From positions 1 to 64,000 of the IMG/VR virus record IMGVR_UViG_3300033559_000303: a stretch of DNA of 64,000 nucleotides. One strand, written 5' to 3'. Below are positions 35,272 through 45,753 of the stretch, piece after piece. The DNA comes from a virus. Every line of letters begins with the position of its first letter. Within the stretch, counting starts at the first letter, position 1. The notes beneath the pieces are model-generated. The model saw nothing but the letters and a program-made list of their open reading frames with translations. It was not told the DNA's origin and ran no database searches. A program made the position numbers and the translations under genes.

Positions 35272-35700
35272 ATGAAAAAGAATCACATTAAAATCGCTGT
35301 ATTCGTAGTTGTGGCACTTATCCTTATGGCTACAAACCCAAGCCATGAAGCTCATGCTGATAAAATGAAAATGGAATTGAAAAGTATCATGTCCAGCGCT
35401 ATGGCAAAAGAGTCTGGATCAAATGATGGTTGGGAGCAGGCTGGAGCTATGCTTGGTATGGCGCTTGGTGGTGGTATCATCGATATGATGGTAGATAATA
35501 TGCTGAAAACTCAGAGTTTCCTTGTATTTTCGCTTACACAAATTGAGTTTGATGGTGAAACAAAAACAGTTGGATTTGGATTACTTGGAAATGTTTTTAT
35601 ATCAAGTGAGGTAAAAAAGACACTTGCTGAAAATATGGATACAAGTTCTGAAGATGATGAAAATGAATATGTCTCACCGGATTATTTCTACGGAGAATAA
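35272..35700 (+). CDS. Membrane-anchored DUF4359-like protein
   Basis: N-terminal hydrophobic helix followed by ATNPS; FLVFSL; TVGFGLLGNVF. Confidence 0.6.
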   Translation: MKKNHIKIAVFVVVALILMATNPSHEAHADKMKMELKSIMSSAMAKESGSNDGWEQAGAMLGMALGGGIIDMMVDNMLKTQSFLVFSLTQIEFDGETKTVGFGLLGNVFISSEVKKTLAENMDTSSEDDENEYVSPDYFYGE

Positions 35701-36152
35701 TAACCTGGCTGACTTGAATTAAAAAGAGTGTTAATAGCACTCTTTTTTTTAGTTATCGCGCAGTACTGCGCAGTATTACTTTAACTGCGTGTTATAAATA
35801 GCTGATTTCTGGTATAATAATATTGGACAGGTGTTATAACTTTTTTCGAGGAGGATATATGAGTACATCAGCAGCGGCATCCAAAGTTGTATCTAGTCGT
35901 GAGTATTATAAGTGCTGCGAGAGAGCAGAAACCTTCCGTCGCATGGTTGCGATGGAAGAGAGGGGCATGTTTGGAATGGAGTTTCTTGATGACGTTGACG
36001 GGGAAATGCCCCCGGGGGATCCTATCCCTGAGGTAGGTCCATGGTGGCACCACTGCCTCTAGGTGGTTGCCACAGCAGGAAATACCTGCACCCGACTCTA
36101 ACACGGGATGGTTGTTAGACGCTGGTGACGCGAAAGATCATTGGAGGATGAG

Positions 36153-36458
36153 ATGATGGAATATATCAATCTCACCCCGCACACCATCGTGATGAACGAT
36201 GGTCGTGAATTCCCGGCTTCTGGCACTGTTGCCAGAGTCAGCTCCGGGTACACGGCTATCGTTGACGATGTGGCTAAGCAGTCCTTCGGAGAGGTCTCTG
36301 ACCTTCCCGAGCCGAAGGACGGCGCACGCTTCATCGTATCAGCGATGGTGCTGGCTGCTACAAGCAGAGATGACGTTGTGGCTCCGGCTACCGGTCATCC
36401 TGACTGTGTACGGAACGAGAAGGGACACATTGTGTCAGTCCCTTGTTTCGTGCAGTAG
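36153..36458 (+). CDS. Conserved phage protein (INLTPH family)
   Basis: INLTPHTI...PASGTVARV...LPEPKDG..FIVS.MV...R.D.VAP. Confidence 0.7.
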   Translation: MMEYINLTPHTIVMNDGREFPASGTVARVSSGYTAIVDDVAKQSFGEVSDLPEPKDGARFIVSAMVLAATSRDDVVAPATGHPDCVRNEKGHIVSVPCFVQ

Positions 36459-36686
36459 TTAGCTCTGTGCGGGGAAGCTGCAGGTGGTATCGTACCACAT
36501 CGAGGCCTGCAGGCTGAAGCTATTCGATAAAATGATTACAGGCGGCTTGGCTAGTGTAAGACCTGAATGGAGAAAAGGCACGTGTTTACGTGTCTTTTTT
36601 TACGCATTATATAATCACTCATTTTTCCGAGTGTTAAAAAGTGCTCGGAAAGTTAAATTTATTTTTTTATGTATTACACACCTAAA

Positions 36687-36734
36687 TCATCAATAGGTCA
36701 TCAATAGGTCATCAATAGGTCATCAATAGGTCAT
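36687..36734. repeat. Tandem repeat (TCATCAATAGG) x4
   Basis: Four perfect 11-bp units plus a partial unit, about 30 bp upstream of the promoter at 36767. Confidence 0.95.
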
Positions 36735-36800
36735 TAGTACATAAGTTATATTTTACTTTAAGTGTTTGTTATAAAACATTGATTTCTGGTATAATAATAA

Positions 36801-37145
36801 TGTACAGAGATTAATCTGTAGCTATTGGGAATACACTTGACCCACAGAAAACAGGTGACTGCGCATCAAGCTTTGGCTGGTCTTTAACATAACGAGACTG
36901 TTACGCCGAGTATGGGTGACACCATATCGCAGTACTAGGGATATCGCCATAGGGATATCTCACCCGAAAAACCGGGACGCAAAGAACAAGATACAGATAA
37001 CCGGAAGTAGCTGAATTCAAAACAACAGCATTTTCAGGATGATTCTTATCTTGGAGTAGTCTATGGTGAGCCTGTAAAGGTGCTGACGTCGTAAGCGAGC
37101 GTTCAGCTTAAATTAAAGTCGTCGAGCAGGTGGAAGGCCTGCATA
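36801..37145 (+). ncRNA. ~340-nt structured leader or ncRNA candidate
   Basis: No ORF of 60 aa or more between promoter 36767 and RBS 37154. Hairpins TATGG/CCATA, GGGATATC/GATATCTC, GCTGA/TCAGC and GCAGG/CCTGC. Confidence 0.45.
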
Positions 37146-37984
37146 TATTTAACAGGAGGTTTTTATGTTAAAGTTGAAATCTTTTGGTCCATTTCTGGAC
37201 TATATCTCCGGTGGCAACCAAACAGCTGCCGGGTTGTTTGTTGATCTTATGGATGGTATATATAATATACCTAAGTCAGAGATCAAAGACAATGGTGAGT
37301 GTGAGCTTACCGTTAAGCATTGGGTAGCAGAGCTGCCCGTCTTCTTAAGTGCCCGGGGTATAACAACCCCTGCCCCCATCCAAAAAATGGATGGTGTTAC
37401 CTGCTTTGTAAAGGCGGGGAAGTTTTCCAAAACCCCTTTATACGGGGAGACAGTTACATTGAAGGTGGAGAATAATACTATTAACAATGCGATCAACAAT
37501 ATGGCTGGTCGAGACGACCAGATAAATTAACCAGGAGGGCTTATGTCTGATAAAAAGGTTGAGGAGTGTAATACACTCCTGCGTGAGTGTGAAGAGTTGA
37601 ATAAGATTCTTATCCAATCAAAATCCCTCCCTGTTGATGAGGGTGTTAAACTTCTACGGAGGTATGTATGAACCCAAAGGTTGTCAGTTTTTACAACAGG
37701 CGGCTGAAAAAAGCCGCATTCGGCTTGTGTTCAGAGGTTAAATACAACTATCTCTGTACACAGCATGAGGAGCGCTACAGGAAGCGCTCCAAACCCAAGT
37801 ATGGATCATGGATCAGCCTCCTTGCTGATCTGGATCCAGAGCAATTACCAGATTGCTCAGGTGTAAGTATGGGTGATGAACCATTTATTACACCAGACCA
37901 GGTGGTTATGAAGTGCCGCGAGGTTGGGATGAAAGTCCCAAAAGGGTTGAACAAGGCCTACTACTGGAGGTAGGTTTGAATGTA

Positions 37985-38011
37985 AGGAAGCTTGGCAAGC
38001 TTCCTTTTTTT
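37985..38011 (+). terminator. Rho-independent terminator
   Basis: AGGAAGCTT-GGC-AAGCTTCCT followed by a T-run. Confidence 0.8.
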
Positions 38012-38861
38012 AGCTTTTACAAATTGTTAGAATATTCAATTTTCTGGTATAATAATATTGAACAGGTATTATAACTTTATCTAGGAGGAATCATGCGTAT
38101 GTTCGCAGCGGTTGTTAGAGGTGTTGTTTTTGCAAGTTTTATTATTGCCCCCACTTTTGTATGGGGAGCAATTAAGGATGGCCGACCGGCTATGGCAGCT
38201 TTGGGTTTGATAAGAACACCGTTGTTTGTCGTTTTTTGCATTATACCTTCACTCTTCGGAGTGAATTTCTGGCTAGGCTTCGGCTTAGTCTATGCAATTG
38301 GAACTGTTATTAGTATCATACTTGATCCCATTGCTAAGCGGGAGTATGAGACGATTGTGTAAGACTGGTAAGTGAGTGGGGTAATACGACCCCACTCAAG
38401 ATCAATGTTTTTTTTAACAGTGGAGGTAAAATGGATTCATATCGTACTAACTTTGCCCCTAAATTTAAAAAGACAAGGGGTAGGTGCGCAAACTGCAGGT
38501 TGAAGAATACTGTGTATTGCACCTCGTGTAAGGAGGTGTTCTTCAATGAAGATATCGGAGTTATGGGCTCCAGACGTGAGGTTTGGAATGCTGAGGTAAA
38601 TGCAAAATTTGTATTAAATTAAGGGAGTTGTATGAAAGTAATTATTACATGTCTGGTTGTTGTTGCAGGGGTTATCCTGGTTGCTATGGCAGTATTAAAC
38701 TCTAGGAGGTAATATTGAAAATACCAATGCCACCGACCATATTGCGACGTGGCTGATTCTTGGTCCAATAAAGTAATGAATAAGGGGTGTCACTAAATAC
38801 AATAGTGGCACCTCTTTTTTTAGCCATTGGTATTACCGGTGAAAGAATGTATATTTATCAT

Positions 38862-40250
38862 ATGATAAAAATAGCGCTTAAAGAAGGTGTAGTGCTCCAG
38901 GAGCACCAGAAGGATGCGGTCGACAAGATGAAGAAGTCTGACGCGCTGCTTCTTTTCCATGGACTTGGGTCAGGAAAGACGCTATCTTCAATAGCTGCTA
39001 CTGAGAAAAATAAAAATGTTACTGTAATAACCCCGGCATCATTGCGTGGTAATTACAAAAAAGAGCTTGATAAATTTGTTGATGATGATACTAAGAGTAA
39101 GTATACAATTGGGTCGTATGAGGGTGCTGTAAAAGGTGATGTCCCATTTTATGGTGACGCTTTAGTTGTTGATGAGGCCCACAGACTGGCTAATCAATCA
39201 ACAAAGAGGAGTAAAAGAATCATTGGGATGGCCAAGAATTACAATAAAAGAATAGCTTTGACCGGTACGCCATTTACCAATCATCCATCAGAGTTCTCTT
39301 CTATAATGCAGTTCTTATCTCCCGGGGATAAAACAATACCAGCAGATAAAGCAGAGTTCAACAGGAAATTCCTGAAGACTGAAACTGTACCGGTTAACCT
39401 GTTCCAAAGATTTAGGGGTATAAAACCTGGCACACGAACATCTGTGCAAAATATTGATGAGTTCAAAAAAGCTATAAAAGGCAAAGTTCATTACTATGAA
39501 ACAGATAGAACACACTACCCAAAGGTTAATGAAGAAGTTGTAAAAGTTCCAATGTCGAAGGAACAACATAATCTCTACAAGACTGTCACAAAAACAGCGG
39601 ATCCTATTCTTGCTTACAAAGTTCGTAAGAATATACCTATGACTAATGAAGAGATGAAGCGGATGAATTCCTTCATGTCTGCGGCCAGGCAGGTTTCAAA
39701 TGTCACAAATAGGTATGGATACGAAAGCCCAACACCAAAACTTGAGCGTGTTGTGGATGATTTTATGACGGCAAAAAGGTCGAACAGTAAGTTTAAGGGT
39801 GTTATATATTCGAATTATAAACGGAGTGGTGTTGATATTCTTGCTGAGAAACTTCAGAAGGCTGGAGTAAATGTTGGCAAGTTTACCGGTGGTATGAGTG
39901 ATACTGAGCGGTCAGCACTTGTAGATCAATACAACAAGGATAAGATACACGCGCTTCTGGTATCGTCTGCCGGCACTGAGGGTTTGGACCTTAAGGGTAC
40001 TGGTATGGTTCAGGTTGTTGAGCCTCACTGGAATAAAGCTAAGATCGATCAGGTGATCGGTCGAGCAGTCAGATATAAATCACATGAGCACCTTCCTGAA
40101 GCTGAAAGACATGTTGCAGTTAAAAGATACCATTCTGTCCTTCCTAATAAAAAGCATAAAAGCGCTGATGAATATCTTGATCAGATGAGTTCTGATAAAG
40201 ATAAGATAAATCAGATGTTCATGCAGGCCTTGAGAGAGTCAAAGGTTTAA
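38862..40250 (+). CDS. SNF2-family (SF2) helicase/ATPase
   Basis: Walker A GLGSGKT, DEAH, LTGTP, EGLDL, motif VI QVIGRAVR. Likely start MIKIA at 38862. Confidence 0.9.
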   Translation: MIKIALKEGVVLQEHQKDAVDKMKKSDALLLFHGLGSGKTLSSIAATEKNKNVTVITPASLRGNYKKELDKFVDDDTKSKYTIGSYEGAVKGDVPFYGDALVVDEAHRLANQSTKRSKRIIGMAKNYNKRIALTGTPFTNHPSEFSSIMQFLSPGDKTIPADKAEFNRKFLKTETVPVNLFQRFRGIKPGTRTSVQNIDEFKKAIKGKVHYYETDRTHYPKVNEEVVKVPMSKEQHNLYKTVTKTADPILAYKVRKNIPMTNEEMKRMNSFMSAARQVSNVTNRYGYESPTPKLERVVDDFMTAKRSNSKFKGVIYSNYKRSGVDILAEKLQKAGVNVGKFTGGMSDTERSALVDQYNKDKIHALLVSSAGTEGLDLKGTGMVQVVEPHWNKAKIDQVIGRAVRYKSHEHLPEAERHVAVKRYHSVLPNKKHKSADEYLDQMSSDKDKINQMFMQALRESKV

Positions 40251-41945
40251 TTCTCCACATCTACATGTTGTTCAGTAAAAACGCAAACATGCGTGTTATA
40301 ATTCATTGATTTCTGGTATAATAATATTGAATAGTTAAAGTATTTGTTTAACATTTTTTGTATGGGGGTATATTATGGATTACAGTATAGCCTTCATACC
40401 ACATGCAATGATGCGTGCTGGTATAACTGTGAATAAGGATAGCATCCTTAATAAGGTCAAAGAAGTAACTGGAGCTCAAAAGGTTGAGCTTCTTGATCCA
40501 GTTACAGTTGTACTTACCAACCCAAAAATGGGGATTGGTGAAATTCAAAATAAGTTTTCAAGCCCAATTGGAAAGGGTGCTTGGTTTCTTTAATTGGCGT
40601 GTAAAATTTAAAAGGAGGGTGTTATGGAGATCGTAAAAGGGGACATTTTTATTGTCCCAAATGGATTGTCAATGGCTAATAGTAAGGTTGGCGTATTCAA
40701 CGCCAATGGTATGGAAGAAGCCTACGAAGGCCTTATTGTGGAAGTGTGGATGACAGGGTCTGGATCGGAGAATTGGGGAAGCCACAGCTTCCCTAAACCT
40801 ATCGCTAATGTTGCCGGCGAAGGGGCTGGTATTGACGGTCGTTGGCGCTATCTGGCGCCACATTACCTACCGGTCAACGTATTCGCAGGAAAGGTTGAGG
40901 GTGATTGTATCACCCTCAACTTCTATGGAGTTCAGACTGAGTTAGTGTTAGCTCAGTCTAAGTACAGATATCGAAATTTTGGTAAGTTTGAAGAGGTTCT
41001 AAATATGCTTCTCCGGAAGTATAACGAAAGAATGCTGGAAGCTGCTTAAAAGGCTCTGGGTGCCCTGTGCACCCAACCTTTTTTTAACCATAATGTATTG
41101 ATATTAAATAATTTAACTAATGTCAGTTAAAGTAATAGTTTAACAAAGGAGTGGTGTAAAATGCCGGAATTAAATTACAAACTCAGTATTGATCCGAAGC
41201 ACCTTAAAAGTCAAAGGAAGTCTATTGAAATTGTGATTAATCACATTGAAGAATCAAAACTTCAGGATGATATAATCCAGGATATGTACGGAATCCAGAA
41301 TCTCCTGGATGCGATAGCTGATATAATGGTCGATTGCCACCACTACCAGGAGGACAGTGTTTATAATCTCTCCAAGGGTGGGCACAGTAAGAAAAAGAGG
41401 GATTTATACCTGGTAAAAAGCTTCACATCCAGTTCTTCGATTAAAAGCGTTTCCGGGCACATTATAACCGAGGATGGCAGGATGCTATCAACAGCGTCTG
41501 CTGAAGACGATGATGAGCTCAGGACTATCCTTATGCGCTGTATCAACCTTAAAAAGTACAATGCGATCGATTACATCGGTAAGGAGATCCCGGAAAAGAT
41601 TAAAGAGATGTTAAAATAGACTGTTATTTTATTTTAACTGCATAGCATCTGCTGGAATCCACAATCAACGATACAAGCTTTCAACACCTCATAACACGTC
41701 TTAGTGTTAAAGTGCCTCAAAAGGGCTGTATGGAGGTCTGAGTTGATTATCTAAAATCTGCATTTGACTGGTAAAACAGTCTTATGCAGTATTTTCAAAA
41801 AAAATTACTCTTTTATTATGAAAATTGCAATAATCGCTTGACAAAAAATTTTTTTTAAATTATTTCGCGTGCTACGTGTACGCGGAAAAAAAAATGCCCC
41901 CTATATTTTTTCACTTTTTTTCTTTTTTTACACCCTGTTTTTGAG

Positions 41946-42833
41946 TTATCCACATCAAAAAACACTCATTTTTATCAAATGGTAACAAAATCCAAACTCA
42001 CTTTTCATTTCATAATTTTTTTCGCCTCTCTTCCAACATCCAAAAACACAAGAAATCTGTTGAAGTAATATTATTATATATATAAGATATTGATTTATAT
42101 AAAGATATATAAAATATATATATAATATATATATGATAAAAAAGCAAAAATCGTGCCAAACTCATAACTATATGATTTTTAATAAAATAAACCACCCATG
42201 TTAAAGTAAAGCTTTATGTCGATTTTTGAAACAAAAGCTGTACTAAAAAAACAAAAGCTGTACCTCACTAGGCAAAAATTTCCTAGCATTTTGGTACAGC
42301 TTTTGTTTTTTTTCGAAAACAGGTACAGCTTTTGTTTTGCACTTTTTTCTCCTTTGTCAAGAAAAACACACATTTTGGTACAGCTTTTGTTTTTTTTAAA
42401 AAAATCGATATTGCGTTTTTGAAGCGCATTCGATAGGTACTAGTACAGCTTTTGTTTGTGGTACAGCTTTTGTTTCGCTAAAACAGGCATTTTTATGTAA
42501 AAATCAATACTCATAAAAAAGAGTTATCCACATTTTCAAAATTACTGAAAAAGTCGAAAAAACCGAAAACAAAAGCTGTACCACTTTTTAAAAAAAACAA
42601 AAGCTGTACCAAAACTGCTAAACAAACGATAAAATCGGGCATTTTTACCGATTTTATACGATGATTTTTTTGAAAAAAGGTACATCTTTTGTTTGACAAA
42701 AACAAAAGCTGTACTTATTTTAAGAAATGAAAACAAAAGCTGCACCAGTTTTTGTTTTTTGAAAACAAAAGCTGTACCAAAAAGGTAAACAAAAGCTGTA
42801 CCTAATGGTGTTTTTGGTACAGCTTTTGTTTTT
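41946..42833. repeat. Putative replication origin: iterons, DnaA boxes and AT-rich tract
   Basis: About 15 copies of AAACAAAAGCTGTAC in both orientations (about 42228-42833), two perfect TTATCCACA boxes (41946, 42524) and a near-pure AT tract at about 42065-42190, within a ~1.3-kb gene-free gap. Confidence 0.8.
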
Positions 42834-42910
42834 TTTGGTTATTTGAGGACTTTACTTGGAATAATTAAAATGAGCATGACGGATTCTGTTTAGCAAATTG
42901 AGGTATAAAA

Positions 42911-43318
42911 ATGATAAAATGTGAATGTGGAAAAACGATCGAAAAATCTAAAAACGGACTTGGAAAGTACTGTTCGGAGTGTAAAAGTAGAAAAAAGCTT
43001 GAGAGAGCTGCCATGAGGACATCTGTTAAAGAGTGTAAAAAGTGCCATGGAACATTTAATGGTACCAGGAATCGTACTACATGTTATGTATGCAACCCTG
43101 AGATTAAAACTGTCAGAGTTGACCTATCAGCAGTGGATGAGGTTGATGTCAGGGTGTGCATAGAGTGTAATACTAAAAAGAAGATGTCCCATGGAAATCA
43201 GAAGGTTTGTGACGAATGTAGAAACAGTCATAAAAAGAGCAAAGAAAAGAGCGGTGAGAACATTATTAGAAGAGAAATATCAAATATTGATTTTTCTGCT
43301 TTTGATAAATTCAGTTAA
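42911..43318 (+). CDS. Multi-CxxC zinc-ribbon protein
   Basis: Six Cys pairs; first gene after the origin and promoter 42837. Confidence 0.7.
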   Translation: MIKCECGKTIEKSKNGLGKYCSECKSRKKLERAAMRTSVKECKKCHGTFNGTRNRTTCYVCNPEIKTVRVDLSAVDEVDVRVCIECNTKKKMSHGNQKVCDECRNSHKKSKEKSGENIIRREISNIDFSAFDKFS

Positions 43319-43347
43319 CTTATTATATTACATGTAAGGAGAAAAGT

Positions 43348-43983
43348 ATGGAATCAGATGAATTTGTAGATCTTAAAAAACAGCAGGAACTTCTCGATGC
43401 GGCAAACGCTGAGTACGGTGATACATCAGACTATGATGTTGATCCGGAAGACAGTATCCTGTCGGATATTGTATCAGAAGAGTATGAAGATGATCTTACA
43501 CCCGAAGAGGTTGCTGATCAGAATAATGATGCCATCGAGCTTGGGTCACTCGAGGGTGATGATGACGCATTCCCTGAGTCAATGGAGGCTCCAGAAGCCC
43601 CCGGGTTCAATCATGATGATGTTAAATACAATATGATCACCGGCAATGAGATTGCAGATAAAAACTCATTTGAAGGCGGTGTGATACCTCCAACAAAGAT
43701 TTCTACAATCAAAGTTGCAGCTGATGGAAAGCAGGATGAAGGGATCTATCTGCTTTATGGATTCAATATTATCCAGGACGGCGCAATTACACCGGTCAAC
43801 CGGTACTTCCCTACAATGGAAGCTGCTAAATCAGCTGTGTCAGGCGAATACTATTATACAATGATGATACCCGGTGACAGAGAGTCTGTTGTGAGATTTC
43901 AAATAAGGTCAGGGACGCCAGGTATCTGCGTTGGAGACCAGGAGCTTTTCAGATACAAGAATGAAGAATGGATGAGGTCGTAA
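43348..43983 (+). CDS. Highly acidic hypothetical protein
   Basis: Asp/Glu-rich N-terminal half; RBS AAGGAG. Confidence 0.7.
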   Translation: MESDEFVDLKKQQELLDAANAEYGDTSDYDVDPEDSILSDIVSEEYEDDLTPEEVADQNNDAIELGSLEGDDDAFPESMEAPEAPGFNHDDVKYNMITGNEIADKNSFEGGVIPPTKISTIKVAADGKQDEGIYLLYGFNIIQDGAITPVNRYFPTMEAAKSAVSGEYYYTMMIPGDRESVVRFQIRSGTPGICVGDQELFRYKNEEWMRS

Positions 43984-44014
43984 ATTACTTACGGCCTATT
44001 TTTTAGGGGACAAC

Positions 44015-44197
44015 ATGTCACAAGACTATGAGAATGATGAATTCGACATCGATCTTAGTGAGGGTGTGCAGGACACAGCAACGGACGCTCAATCGTCAGA
44101 TCATTACGCCAGGGCTGGCGGAAGACTTGACTATGAAGACCGTGAGTTTGATCCAACACTCGACTTTGACGATGTTGAAGGCGAACTAAATTTCTAG
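44015..44197 (+). CDS. Small, very acidic protein
   Basis: 60 aa, about one third Asp/Glu. Confidence 0.65.
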   Translation: MSQDYENDEFDIDLSEGVQDTATDAQSSDHYARAGGRLDYEDREFDPTLDFDDVEGELNF

Positions 44198-44205
44198 GAG
44201 GAACC

Positions 44206-44556
44206 ATGAGGGTTTCAAATGTTGATTATGTCGAGATGAGCACATCTCGCGTCAGGTCTCGCTATATCATAGGACTTGAGTCGAAACTTGTAACCATACA
44301 TCTTGGTGTTGATAATGATCAGCTTGGAGTATGCCATGTAATAAACAAGCATATAAACTCCCTCATTAGTGATGGAACATTCAAGCGTGGATCAAAATGC
44401 CAGTTTGTGAATATCCCGGATGAACTCTACCCTATATGCATCACTGTTGAAATAGATAATGAACTTAAACTTATTTCATTACTGGATAACACATCTGGTA
44501 ATACAAATAGAGATTTGTGTCATTATTTTACAAATTACACAGAATCTATTATTTAA
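44206..44556 (+). CDS. Hypothetical protein abutting ncRNA array I
   Basis: RBS AGGAGG; the stop codon is immediately followed by unit A. Confidence 0.65.
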   Translation: MRVSNVDYVEMSTSRVRSRYIIGLESKLVTIHLGVDNDQLGVCHVINKHINSLISDGTFKRGSKCQFVNIPDELYPICITVEIDNELKLISLLDNTSGNTNRDLCHYFTNYTESII

Positions 44557-44930
44557 GGCTATAACACTATTGTGATTTGAGCTTCTCAAATCAGTACTCT
44601 GAGTAAGTGGTACAATACACACGAGCTTACCCGCCGCCTTACAATCAATTGACTGCCCTGCGGTTGTCATATGATTTCCAGTTCGGCGGTACAGCTACGT
44701 GTAATTGTGGTGTAAAAACAATTTAATATAGTCAAGTATAATAAAAGTCATAATATTCAACTGCAGCAAGATTCTTGCTGTATAAAGTAGTGGAATAAAC
44801 CCTTTTCCACTTTCGAGTGATGTACGGAGTCATCAAGGGCACAACTTCGCTGCGCTCCGCGTAGCCCTTGCAGACTCCTCCACCTCACTCGAAAACTTGA
44901 AAATTCTACAAATCAAGATTAATATGACTT
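44557..44930 (+). ncRNA. Structured ncRNA array I: two retron msr-msd-like units (44557-44733, 44745-44930)
   Basis: Terminal IRs GGCTATA/TATAGTC and AAGTCATA/TATGACTT. Short hairpins TGATTTGAG-CTT-CTCAAATCA and TGCAGCAAG-ATT-CTTGCTGTA. Each has a long interrupted hairpin and a CAA..TTAA motif before the 3' IR. Confidence 0.8.
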
Positions 44931-45333
44931 AAACTTTTAAATCAAGGAGATTGTTATGAGTAAAAAAACAGAAGACAAACCTGTCAAACAGGTTATAACC
45001 TGCGCAAGATGCAGCTGTGCCATAGAGTACCCGGTTAATCGTGTTATAAAAAACGGAGGTGACGGGTTTGAGATGGTGTGGGTATGTAATGATTGTAAGG
45101 ATGAATATATAGCAAAGGATAAAAAATGAGCCTTTCAAGTGAAGTTGTTATTGTCATTACAAAAGGTATAATAATTGACAATGTTGAATTCAGCAAGGGT
45201 GACAGGTATAATTGCTATGGCTTTATAAACAAGCATTCATATTCAGGGGCACCATGCGCTGTTATCATTAAGGGTGGTGAATTCATCCTTGTTCCACTAT
45301 CATACATTAAACCAGCACCATAAGGAGTTATAA

Positions 45334-45753
45334 ATGTCAAAACATGATGTATCTATTATTAATCAAATAATAGCTGAAAAACTTGCATTAGATCTTAAGA
45401 AGGTAAGTGATAATCTTCATATTATCAATGATCTTGGAGCTGACTCACTTGATGTTTTTGAAATCATGATGAGCTTAGAGGAGTATTATGATATTGAAAT
45501 AAGTGATGATGATGCAATTAAATGCAATACTGTTGAGGATGTAAAGAATGGAATTAATAATATTCTTAACGGCAAATCTGTAGACAGTATTGGGGATCAA
45601 CAAATATTCAATATCACAATGTGTAGAACATCATATGCATCCAAAGACATTCAGGTTGTAGCACGAGACATAAACGAGGCTAAAGAAAAAGCTATTACGA
45701 TAGCTTATAATTATTCATTCAAAGAGTCGTCTGCTAATTATTCAGTAGAATGA
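45334..45753 (+). CDS. acpP: Acyl carrier protein fused to a C-terminal phage domain
   Basis: DLGADSLD (phosphopantetheine Ser) ...LEEYYDIEISDDDA..CNTVED; C-terminal ~50 aa match ORF 23726..23884. Confidence 0.85.
   Translation: MSKHDVSIINQIIAEKLALDLKKVSDNLHIINDLGADSLDVFEIMMSLEEYYDIEISDDDAIKCNTVEDVKNGINNILNGKSVDSIGDQQIFNITMCRTSYASKDIQVVARDINEAKEKAITIAYNYSFKESSANYSVE

Noticed and set aside
42010-42745. ORFs within the iteron region
   Set aside because: They are low-complexity translations of the repeats with no RBS.
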